Shown: positions 9,425 through 17,035 of the stretch, piece by piece
Numbering within the stretch: position 1 is the first letter of the stretch
Layout: every line of letters begins with the position of its first letter
Assembly (NCBI RefSeq): GCF_000940845.1
Contig: NZ_CP010341.1
Span: 540,001-572,000, forward strand
DNA length: 32,000 nucleotides
Direction of reading: 5' to 3'
DNA from: Propionibacterium freudenreichii subsp. freudenreichii
GTDB lineage: Bacteria; Actinomycetota; Actinomycetes; Propionibacteriales; Propionibacteriaceae
Position numbers and translations under genes: made by a program
Notes under the pieces: generated by a model
Told to the model about the DNA's origin: nothing
What the model saw: the letters and a program-made list of their open reading frames with translations, nothing else
The model's database searches: none

Positions 9425-10507
9425 ATGACGGCATGGCTTCCCGATCTGCTGGTGACGGGCTATCAGGCACACACCTGGGTGATCCCCGGTGCCAAGCGCT
9501 TGGACAATGAGCCCGAGGGTCCACTGACCGCCACGTTGGTGCGTCGGGGTGCCCCGCGCCACGAGCGCGCAGTGCTCTACCTGCACGGCTGGGACGACTA
9601 CTTCTTCCAGGCCCACGTGGCCGACTGGTTCGACGCCCACGGCTTCGACTTCTATGCGGTCGACCTGCGCCGCTATGGCCGCAACCTCCACGAGGGCCTG
9701 TACGCGGGCTATGTCTCCGACCTGCGCGACTACTACCAGGAGCTTGACCACAGCGTGGAGCTGATCAGGCACGACCATCCCGGGGTGCCGATCACCTTCA
9801 TGGGGCATTCCACCGGGGGACTGGTGGGCGCGCTGTGGGCAGCGGAGCGTCCGGGCCTGCTCAACGGCATGCTGTTGAACTCGCCATGGCTCGACATGCA
9901 GGGCTCGCCGGTGTTCTGGCGGGTGATGGCGCCGTTGGCGGGGGCCGTGGCCGCGATCAACCCACTCATGGAGCTGGCCATCACCGACCTGGGGCTGTAC
10001 AAGCGTGCGCTGCACGTCAGTGGCGAGGGCGAATGGAACTGGGACACCGACTTCAAGTCGAACCCGGCGTTCGTGCCGCGCTTCGGCTGGGGACGAGCCA
10101 TCCTGGCCGGCCAGGGCGCGGTGGCGAAGGGCCTGCACATCGATACGCCCGTGCTCACCCTCATCAGCACGCGCAGCGATTTCTCGCGCACCTGGAACGA
10201 CGACATGCACGGCTCCGACCTCGTGCTCGACGTGCGACGCATCGGGGCCGCTGCCCTGCACCTGGGAGACCTGGTGACCATCAGGAGGGTGCGCGGCGCC
10301 GTGCACGATGTGATGCTGTCACGGGCACCGGTACGCGAGGTCATCTTCGATGAGATCGATCGCTGGCTTGATGCCTATGTGCGTCCCGAGGGGGCCAGCG
10401 CGCTCTACTGGCAGCGATTGGGACGGCCCGCCGCTGCCGCCGATCCTGCGGTGCCCGGCACCCCGCAGGCGTCCGACGGGAAGGGCGACGTCCCTGCCAC
10501 GCAGTGA
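9425..10507 (+). CDS. alpha/beta hydrolase (lysophospholipase / monoacylglycerol-lipase-like)
   Basis: Nucleophile elbow GHSTGG, HGWDDYF motif and C-terminal AVHDV (His). ATG 9425 (MTAWLPDLL...) is preferred over the track start at 9284. Confidence 0.8.
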   Translation: MTAWLPDLLVTGYQAHTWVIPGAKRLDNEPEGPLTATLVRRGAPRHERAVLYLHGWDDYFFQAHVADWFDAHGFDFYAVDLRRYGRNLHEGLYAGYVSDLRDYYQELDHSVELIRHDHPGVPITFMGHSTGGLVGALWAAERPGLLNGMLLNSPWLDMQGSPVFWRVMAPLAGAVAAINPLMELAITDLGLYKRALHVSGEGEWNWDTDFKSNPAFVPRFGWGRAILAGQGAVAKGLHIDTPVLTLISTRSDFSRTWNDDMHGSDLVLDVRRIGAAALHLGDLVTIRRVRGAVHDVMLSRAPVREVIFDEIDRWLDAYVRPEGASALYWQRLGRPAAAADPAVPGTPQASDGKGDVPATQ

Positions 10508-10595
10508 ACCCGACAAGGCCGGGGAGGGTGTGCACGCGGGAGGGCGTCCGGGCAATAAAAAACGCCGCAACCGAAATGATGGTTACGACGAGATG

Positions 10596-10669
10596 TGGCC
10601 AGGGGCGGGGTCGAACCGCCGACCTTGCACTTTTCAGGCGCACGCTACTACCAGCTGAGCTACCTGGCC
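10596..10669 (-). tRNA. tRNA-Phe (anticodon GAA)
   Basis: Minus strand GGCCAGGTAGCTCAGCTGGTAGTAGCGTGCGCCTGAAAAGTGCAAGGTCGGCGGTTCGACCCCGCCCCTGGCCA. It folds as a cloverleaf with anticodon loop CTGAAAA and T-loop GGTTCGA. CCA is not encoded. Confidence 0.9.
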
Positions 10670-10682
10670 AGGTCACGAAAAG

Positions 10683-10756
10683 CGACCCCGATGGGACTCG
10701 AACCCACGACCTCCGCCGTGACAGGGCGGCGCGCTAACCAACTGCGCTACGGGGCC
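10683..10756 (-). tRNA. tRNA-Asp (anticodon GTC)
   Basis: Minus strand GGCCCCGTAGCGCAGTTGGTTAGCGCGCCGCCCTGTCACGGCGGAGGTCGTGGGTTCGAGTCCCATCGGGGTCG, with anticodon loop CTGTCAC. Confidence 0.9.
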
Positions 10757-10957
10757 ATACTGTGTTGATTTGTCTTCGATGTTGACTTGTCTTCGTTGTT
10801 TCTTGTCCTGCTGTTCAGTTGTTCAGCCTGCCTGAGCGGGCTTTGAAACTATAGCGTGCCTTGCAGTCAGAACACAAAGCGAGGAACTTGGCCTGCCTGC
10901 TGCCCGACTCCTTGCCCGACGAAGGGCCCGGACCAAGGCCCGGGCCCCCGCCATGCG

Positions 10958-11030
10958 TATCCCCAACGGAATTCGAATCCGTGTTACCACCTTGAAAGGG
11001 TGGGGTCCTAGGCCGCTAGACGATGGGGAC
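10958..11030 (-). tRNA. tRNA-Glu (anticodon TTC)
   Basis: Minus strand GTCCCCATCGTCTAGCGGCCTAGGACCCCACCCTTTCAAGGTGGTAACACGGATTCGAATTCCGTTGGGGATA, with anticodon loop CTTTCAA. Glu-Asp-Phe is the usual actinobacterial order. Confidence 0.9.
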
Positions 11031-11144
11031 CTGCCGGATCATGGTACCGGTTCGGGGGCCGGGGGGTAAAACCCGCCCGGGAGCCCGTCACCGATCCCCG
11101 CGCTACCGACCTGCCGGGGAATCCGATCCGTCGGGGGTGGTGGC

Positions 11145-12863
11145 TCAGGCGATCCGGACGGCAGCCGAGATCGGCATATAGCTGATCGGGGTCACCACGA
11201 TGCCGGCGTCCTCGTTGAGGGCGTTGACGATGTTGCCGTTGCCGATGTACATGCCCACGTGGCCGTTGTCATAGAAGAACACCAGGTCGCCCGGCTGCAG
11301 GTCGCCGACCGACACCTGCTTGCCGGCATTCACCTGGTCCCAGGTGACGCGCGGCAGGGTGACGCCGGCCGCCGCGTACGCGGCCTGCATCAGTCCGGAG
11401 CAGTCATAGCCCACCGGACCGGTGCCGCCCCAGACATAGGGGCCACCGAGCTTCGACATCGCGAAGTTGATCGCCGTCTCCACCGCGTTGGCGCCCGGCT
11501 TGGCGGTGTTCGCTGAGGTGTTCGTGGCCGGCGCATTGGTGCCGAGGTATTCGGTGGCCGACCAATAGGTCGTGCCGTTCCACGTGTACTCCGAGCGTCC
11601 ATCGGCCTGCTTGCCGGTCAGTTCCACCTGGGTGCCCTCGGGCACCACCGTGGTGGCCGGCTTGGGCTGGGTGGAGCTGCCATAGGCGTTCAGTGCCGCC
11701 GTGGTCCACCGGCTTCCGGTGGGGCCGGCGGGCGTCGGATCGGGCGCAGGTGCCGGGGCGGGTGCCTCGGCCTGCTTGGTGTCCGAGAGGTACTGGCTGC
11801 TGATCCAGCGCGAGGCGCCGTCGTAGCTGACCTCGGTCCAGTCGCCACTGGTCTTGCCGGTGGCGGCCACCTGCGAGTTCTCCTTGAGCACCGTCACCGG
11901 CTGCTGGTCGATGCCGGGTCCCACGCGCACGTTGACGTCGGCCGTCGTGTACTTCGTGGACGCAGCGGCCTGCGTCGTGGCCGGGGGCGTGGTCGTCGGC
12001 TTGGTTGCAGGAGCGGTGGTGGTTGGCGCCGTGGTGGTCGGGGTGGTGGCGGTCGAGCCGCCGGCCGTCGAGGAATCGGTGCCCGTCGAGGTGGCCGTGT
12101 CCTTGTTGGTGACGTCGGTCTTCGTCGACAGCGTGACCACGGTGGGATCAGTGAGATAGCGCGAGTAGTTCGCGGCCACGAAGGCGGTCTTGCCGTTGAA
12201 GTTGATCGGCACCCACCCGCCGACGGGATCGCCGGTCACGTCCACCCGGTCACCCGGGTAGAGCATGCCGATGGACTGGGCCGCGGTGCTCTCGCCACCA
12301 CGCACCCACAGGTAGTCGCTCGAGATGGCGGTGGTGATCTTGATCGATGTCACCGAGGCATCGGCCGAGCTGAGCAGCTTGGTGGCGATCCAACCGGCAC
12401 GGCCGTAGAAGTTCACCGGCGTGTAGTCGCCGCTGGCCTGGCCGGTGATGCCCACCTTGTCGCCGGTGTGGGCCGTGCCCAACACCCAGGCGTTCGCATT
12501 GGCCGCGGTGCGCACATAGGCATCGGCCGTGAGCTCGGCGGTGGAGATCTGGTCCTTCTGGGTGGCGGCCGTGGTGGAGGCCACATACTGCGCCTGGATC
12601 CACGCGTTGGCGCCGTTGTAGGTGATGGGCAGCCAGCCGTCCTGTTCGGCTCCCCGCTGGGTGACCGTGTCACCCGACGAGAGCGTCGCCAGCACCGAGC
12701 TGGAAGTGTCGGGGCCCTGGCGCACATTCACCGTGGCGGTGGCCGCAAGGGGGGAGTAATCGGCCTGTGCAAGTGGTGCAAACACGACGCTGGCAGTGGC
12801 GAGCGAGCCTGCCACCAGCGTCGAGGTGATAGCCACGCGCGCCGTCTTGACGAAGGGATTCAT
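11145..12863 (-). CDS. secreted NlpC/P60 peptidoglycan endopeptidase with five SH3b-type repeats
   Basis: There is an N-terminal signal peptide (MNPFVKTARVAITSTLVAGSLATASVVFAPLAQA). Five ~60-aa repeats each end in W(I/V)...YL/YV. A Thr/Pro-rich linker follows. The C-terminal NlpC/P60 domain has the catalytic Cys (GGTGPVGYDCSGLMQAAY) and the downstream His (GHVGMYIG). Confidence 0.92.
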   Translation of the reverse strand: MNPFVKTARVAITSTLVAGSLATASVVFAPLAQADYSPLAATATVNVRQGPDTSSSVLATLSSGDTVTQRGAEQDGWLPITYNGANAWIQAQYVASTTAATQKDQISTAELTADAYVRTAANANAWVLGTAHTGDKVGITGQASGDYTPVNFYGRAGWIATKLLSSADASVTSIKITTAISSDYLWVRGGESTAAQSIGMLYPGDRVDVTGDPVGGWVPINFNGKTAFVAANYSRYLTDPTVVTLSTKTDVTNKDTATSTGTDSSTAGGSTATTPTTTAPTTTAPATKPTTTPPATTQAAASTKYTTADVNVRVGPGIDQQPVTVLKENSQVAATGKTSGDWTEVSYDGASRWISSQYLSDTKQAEAPAPAPAPDPTPAGPTGSRWTTAALNAYGSSTQPKPATTVVPEGTQVELTGKQADGRSEYTWNGTTYWSATEYLGTNAPATNTSANTAKPGANAVETAINFAMSKLGGPYVWGGTGPVGYDCSGLMQAAYAAAGVTLPRVTWDQVNAGKQVSVGDLQPGDLVFFYDNGHVGMYIGNGNIVNALNEDAGIVVTPISYMPISAAVRIA

Positions 12864-13009
12864 GTCTGGTCCTTCCCGCGGCCGGTAAGGCCGTGTTCAA
12901 TGGTTCGCGTCATCCCAGGTGAGGCGTCTTCCCCGGCCCCGTATGCAGCAGGCCACGCCCCAACTGGGACAACGTGCGGCACCTTAGGCGGCTCTCAGCA
13001 AACCCGACA

Positions 13010-13135
13010 ACAGTGCAGGATCAGGTTGAGGGTTGGGGAAATGGGGGTTGATTTTCGACGCCCGATGTGATTCACGGCCGCGTTGACGTGGTTTCCCACC
13101 CCGGCGGGGAGTGATTTCAGGCGTGAATCAGACCA
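13010..13135 (-). promoter_or_regulatory. candidate ydaO/yuaA-type (c-di-AMP) riboswitch core within the long NlpC/P60 leader
   Basis: The minus-strand RNA carries, in consensus order, CGCCUGAAAUCAC, GCCGGGGUGGGAAACCAC, GGCCGUGAAUCAC and ACCC..UCAACCUGAUCC blocks. A long-range helix pairs UGAUUCACGCC (13120-13130) with GGCGUCGAAAAUCA (13049-13062). Not verified with a covariance model. Confidence 0.4.
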
Positions 13136-13300
13136 TGGTCGTCATAGGGGTGCCCCGCGGGGTGCAGTGGTCGGGGTGCGCGTGGAACCCGCACCCCTCG
13201 GGTTCAACGCAAGGTTGAGGTTCAGGGTGCGGGTTGAGGGTTCAGGGCATTCTCAGCTGATTCAGGTGCGGCTCACGGTGGCCCGTCGTTCAGGCATTAC

Positions 13301-14107
13301 TCAGCTTCGCCGCCCCAGGGCCCAGGAGGCGCCGGTCACCGCGATCGCGCACCAGGCAGCCAACTGCAGCCATGCAGACAGTGGTGCCGCGAAATCGGCG
13401 GACAGGATCGTGTGGCGCATGATCTCGCCCATGGACTCAATCGGCAGCCAGTGGTGCACGGCCTGGCCCCACTGCGGGAGCCGGTCGGCCGGATAGCTCA
13501 GCGGCGAGAACAGGAGGATCACGAACACCAGCACCTGGCTGATGAGCTGGGCCAGCGTCGGGGGACACAGGTTGGCAATGGCATATCCGATCGACGCCGA
13601 GGTGAGGGCGATCAGTAGGGCGGCGGGCACGATGAGCCAACTCATCGACAGGTCGAGGTGGAAGCGCAGGGCGCCGACGATGATCGACAGGACCAGCCCG
13701 GGCAGGGCCACCATCGTCCACACCGCCAGGTCGGCCAGGAGGAAGACGGGACGTGAGATGGGCAGGGCCCGCATCCAGTCGAGGCTGCCCTCGGTACGTG
13801 ACTGCGCCACGAACTGTGGGGTCATTGCGAGGCCGAGCATGACCAGGGAGATCGTTGGGGCGCCGGTGACCAGATACCGGGCGGCATGTGGCGCCGGATC
13901 ACCGATCAACAGGCCGTAGCCGACCACCGTGGCCACCGACAACACGAGCTGCACCACGCCGTACAGCGGCACCAGGGTGAGGTTGCGCCGCAGTTGCCAT
14001 TGGAACACCAGTCCGAATTGGCGCCAGCGGGCGACGCCGGCCGGCGCCATGGTCGTTCCGGTGGTGGCGGTGTTGGGCGTCGCCTGGACGGACGTGATGG
14101 TGCTCAT
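13301..14107 (-). CDS. ABC-2 type transporter permease
   Basis: 268 aa with six predicted hydrophobic helices. An ATGA overlap links it to the upstream ATPase gene. Confidence 0.85.
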   Translation of the reverse strand: MSTITSVQATPNTATTGTTMAPAGVARWRQFGLVFQWQLRRNLTLVPLYGVVQLVLSVATVVGYGLLIGDPAPHAARYLVTGAPTISLVMLGLAMTPQFVAQSRTEGSLDWMRALPISRPVFLLADLAVWTMVALPGLVLSIIVGALRFHLDLSMSWLIVPAALLIALTSASIGYAIANLCPPTLAQLISQVLVFVILLFSPLSYPADRLPQWGQAVHHWLPIESMGEIMRHTILSADFAAPLSAWLQLAAWCAIAVTGASWALGRRS

Positions 14108-15132
14108 GCGGTGTGCTCCTGACCGGCGGTGGATTCGGTGGTGGTGTCGGGCTCGTCGAGGGGCGCGGCATCCGGCTGATCAGCGTCGGCTCCCGCAGCG
14201 GCGGGATGGTGGCCGGTCACGAGGTCGATGTAGGCGTCCTCCAGCGAGACCGGTGACAGCTCGTAGCGTTCGATGGCGCCGGTGCGCAGTTCGTCGGCTG
14301 CCCACGCGACGAGCGCGGCCGCGCGGTCGGAGGCGACCACGGCCCGACTGCGGTGGTCACCCACCGGGGTGGCGGTGATGCCCGCGGGCCAGTGGGGAGG
14401 CTGTCCCGGGGCCTGGTCCACCTCGAGGGTGAGCATTCCCGCCCGGTCGTGCACCAGCGTCGCCGGGGTGCCCTGGGCCAGCACCTGACCGTGGTTGAGC
14501 ACCACGAGCCGGTCAACGACGCGTTCCGTCTCGCGGACGTTGTGCGTCACCAACAGCACGGCATGGCCTGCGTCGGCCAGCCGGCGGATCTGGGTCCACA
14601 GCAGCCGGCGGCGCACCGGATCCACGTCATTGGTGGGCTCGTCGAGCACCACCAGGGGCGCGGGACGGGCCAGGCACATCGCGAAGGCGGTGAGGCGGGC
14701 GATCCCGCCGGAGACCTTCTGGCTGGCGACGTCGGCCCAGGGCCCGATGTCGAGGGCCTCGATCAGTTCGCGTGCCCGGGAGCGCATGGCCCGGGCGGGA
14801 GCGCCGCGCATGCGTCCGACCAGTTCGATGGCACGTCGTGGCGTCAGGCCGGTGATCGGCACATTGGCCTGCGCCTGCAGGCTCACCAGGCGTCGGGCCA
14901 GTGCCGGGTGGGTGGTCGCGTCGATGCCGCCGACCGTGATCGTGCCGGAATCGGGTCGGGTGAGTCCGACGATCTGGTTGACCATGGTGGTCTTCCCCGA
15001 GCCGTTGTGGCCGAGCAGGCCCACCACCTGGCCGGCGTGGGCCGCCATGGTGACCCCCGCGTTCGCCTCCACCCGGTGGGCTCCCTTGCCGAAGTGCTTG
15101 TGCAAACCGCGCACGTCGAGGACTGTGTTCAT
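14104..15132 (-). CDS. ABC transporter ATP-binding protein (DrrA-like, with C-terminal extension)
   Basis: Walker A GHNGSGKTT, signature VSGGIARLT and Walker B LVVLDEPTNDVD. ATG 15132 (MNTVLDVRGLHKHFG) was chosen over the track start at 15291. Confidence 0.92.
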   Translation of the reverse strand: MNTVLDVRGLHKHFGKGAHRVEANAGVTMAAHAGQVVGLLGHNGSGKTTMVNQIVGLTRPDSGTITVGGIDATTHPALARRLVSLQAQANVPITGLTPRRAIELVGRMRGAPARAMRSRARELIEALDIGPWADVASQKVSGGIARLTAFAMCLARPAPLVVLDEPTNDVDPVRRRLLWTQIRRLADAGHAVLLVTHNVRETERVVDRLVVLNHGQVLAQGTPATLVHDRAGMLTLEVDQAPGQPPHWPAGITATPVGDHRSRAVVASDRAAALVAWAADELRTGAIERYELSPVSLEDAYIDLVTGHHPAAAGADADQPDAAPLDEPDTTTESTAGQEHTA

Positions 15133-15183
15133 CCTGCTGCTCCGTGTCGGCGGTATTGCCGTCGATCGTCTGTGATGGTGTCG

Positions 15184-15204
15184 TATACCGAACGGTATAT
15201 ACCG
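15184..15204. promoter_or_regulatory. overlapping palindromes TATACCG-AA-CGGTATA and CGGTATATACCG; candidate TetR operator in the divergent promoter region
   Basis: Read directly between the ABC ATPase start (15132) and the TetR start (15301). A third GAACGGTAT half-site lies at 15223-15231, 33 bp from the one at 15190-15198. Confidence 0.55.
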
Positions 15205-15300
15205 GCAATCTAGACAGATGCTGAACGGTATGTCAATGCTGGTTGGCCCGATAGACTGGCGCCGAACCGGCCGGGGGAGGACCCCGTGCAAGGAGGAGAT

Positions 15301-16068
15301 ATGGCTGAACCGGACGAGGGCTCGGACATCGGCTCGGCGCTGTCGAGCCTCAGTGCCGCCCTGTCACAGCTGTCGAGCGCGGTGGTGAACCAGACCAGCG
15401 ACGAGATCAACGCCCGGGTCACCGATCCGCTGCGGCGCGCCTCCGAGCAGATCACCGATGTGGCCGAGCGACTGGGCAGTGGCTCGTCCGCCCGCCCGCG
15501 GGGCATCGAGGCGACGCGTGAGGCGCTGCTCGATGCGGCGGCGCAGTTGTTCGCGGAGAAGGGCTATGAGGGCACGGGCGTCTCGGAGATCGCGCGGCGC
15601 GCCGGCTATACCAAGGGGGCGCTGTATGCGAACTTCGCCAGCAAGCAGGAGCTGTTCAAGGCCCTGATCGAGCGTGAACTGGCCCGGTCGCACGAGGACC
15701 TGGAGTCAAGCCTGACGGGTGCATCCATGCCGTCGGGTGCTGACCGTGAGGCGGTCCAGCGACAGGTGCTGTTGACGCTGGAGGCCAACCTGTATGCCAT
15801 CCGCCATCCACAGATGCGTGACGAGGTGCTGGCGGATACGCGAGGGCAGCTGCGGCGCATCGCCGAGGTGATCGCGCGGACGCATGGCGAGACATTGGCG
15901 GAGGGTCAGGAGCCCGCGCAGGACTACCTGGATGACGCGATGGTGGTGGCGGCAGTGGAGTCGTTCGCCGCCCTGGGGACAATGCTCTGCGATGATCCGG
16001 TGGCCGCCGAGGCGGTCACTCGGTCGCGCGACCGCATCATCGGGCGGATCCTGGGTTCGCAGGACTGA
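15301..16068 (+). CDS. TetR/AcrR family transcriptional regulator with ~75-aa N-terminal extension
   Basis: A strong AGGAGG Shine-Dalgarno lies 4 nt upstream of the ATG. HTH region is REALLDAAAQLFAEKGYEGTGVSEIARRAGYTKGALYANFASKQELF. It is divergent from the ABC exporter. Confidence 0.9.
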   Translation: MAEPDEGSDIGSALSSLSAALSQLSSAVVNQTSDEINARVTDPLRRASEQITDVAERLGSGSSARPRGIEATREALLDAAAQLFAEKGYEGTGVSEIARRAGYTKGALYANFASKQELFKALIERELARSHEDLESSLTGASMPSGADREAVQRQVLLTLEANLYAIRHPQMRDEVLADTRGQLRRIAEVIARTHGETLAEGQEPAQDYLDDAMVVAAVESFAALGTMLCDDPVAAEAVTRSRDRIIGRILGSQD

Positions 16069-16206
16069 GGCGTCCGGGGTTGCCGGGAGTTCGACGCCGA
16101 CCCGGGTGCCGGCGGACCGGCGTGCCCGTGTGCGGGTCGACACCGGCATGTCCGGCGCCATCCGCGGCCCACTTCCGGGGCGGGGCCTGTGACTAGAATA
16201 GGGCGA

Positions 16207-16279
16207 GCCTCCATAGCTCAGCTGGCAGAGCAAGGGACTTTTAATCCTTGGGTCCGGGGTTCGATCCCCCGTGGGGGCA
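16207..16279 (+). tRNA. tRNA-Lys (anticodon TTT)
   Basis: GCCTCCATAGCTCAGCTGGCAGAGCAAGGGACTTTTAATCCTTGGGTCCGGGGTTCGATCCCCCGTGGGGGCA, with anticodon loop CTTTTAA and T-loop GGTTCGA. Confidence 0.9.
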
Positions 16280-16573
16280 CTGTAAAACACCTAGTCAGGG
16301 CATGATTCGAGCCACTGGCCAAGAGTCATGCCGGCATGTCACCAGCATACGTACCAGCAAATCGCTGAGAGCACTTGCACCCGCCACGGCGCCCGACCAC
16401 AAGGGTCGACGGTCCGCATGTATGCGTCCATCCTTCGCTCGGTGATCACCGCCTGAGTGGGCAGTTGTGCGGGAATGACGCCGCACAGGTGTCCACTCAG
16501 TGGGGCTCTGGGGGGACGCGTCTGCCCAGCGTCCCGTGGCAAGCCCGTGGCCTTCAAGTGGCCCAATAAGGCC

Positions 16574-16623
16574 TTGCATCTGAGGGTGCCCTAACCTTAA
16601 TATCTGCGTATGCGTGAAGATAT
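16574..16623 (+). promoter_or_regulatory. candidate promoter (TTGCAT -35, 18-nt spacer, TAATAT -10) and inverted repeat ATATCT-N12-AGATAT overlapping the arsR-family start codon
   Basis: Read directly. TAATAT at 16598-16603 ends 6 nt before ATG 16610. The inverted-repeat arms are 16600-16605 and 16618-16623. Confidence 0.45.
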
Positions 16624-17035
16624 GAAGGCTTGCACCTTCAACGTCGAGAGCCAGTACGTCGACCTGGCTGCGGAGGTGTTCTCCCTGCTGTCGGACGCCA
16701 CCCGCATCCGCATCATCCTTGCCCTGCGCGACGGTGAACTCTCGGTGGGCGACCTGGCCGATCGCGTCCGCAAGTCGCCCACGGCGGTGTCGCAGCACCT
16801 CGCCAAGCTGCGCTGGGGGAAGATCGTGCAGGCCCGCCAGGAGGGCACCCGGGTCTTCTACAGCCTCATCGACGAACACGCCCGCAAGCTCGTGGCGCAG
16901 GCGGTGTTCCAGGCCGAACACGTGGTGGGTGGCGTACCTCCACACCATCTCAACGGCGAGGGGGTCCCCGCCGCACCGGCCGCCCCGGACGCCACCGAGA
17001 CGGCCTCCGCAACCGACCCCGGGCAACGGGCATGA
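16610..17035 (+). CDS. ArsR/SmtB family metalloregulator
   Basis: Winged-HTH LLSDATRIRIILALRDGELSVGDLADRVRKSPTAVSQHLAKLR. An alpha5-like DEH...EH region and a His-rich tail are present. An ATGA overlap links it to the ATPase gene. Confidence 0.9.
   Translation: MREDMKACTFNVESQYVDLAAEVFSLLSDATRIRIILALRDGELSVGDLADRVRKSPTAVSQHLAKLRWGKIVQARQEGTRVFYSLIDEHARKLVAQAVFQAEHVVGGVPPHHLNGEGVPAAPAAPDATETASATDPGQRA

Noticed and set aside
10540-10595. The A-run/T-run (ggcaataaaaaacgcc) between the hydrolase stop and tRNA-Phe, considered as an intrinsic terminator.
   Set aside because: The only pairing is a 5-bp GGCGT/ACGCC stem with the T-run inside a 14-nt loop rather than after the stem. This is not convincing on either strand.
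13083-13496. A 137-aa ORF on the plus strand inside the NlpC/P60 leader and the end of the permease gene.
   Set aside because: It is Arg-rich and low in complexity, overlaps the ABC permease coding region in antisense, and has no ribosome-binding site. The region is better explained as a structured minus-strand leader.
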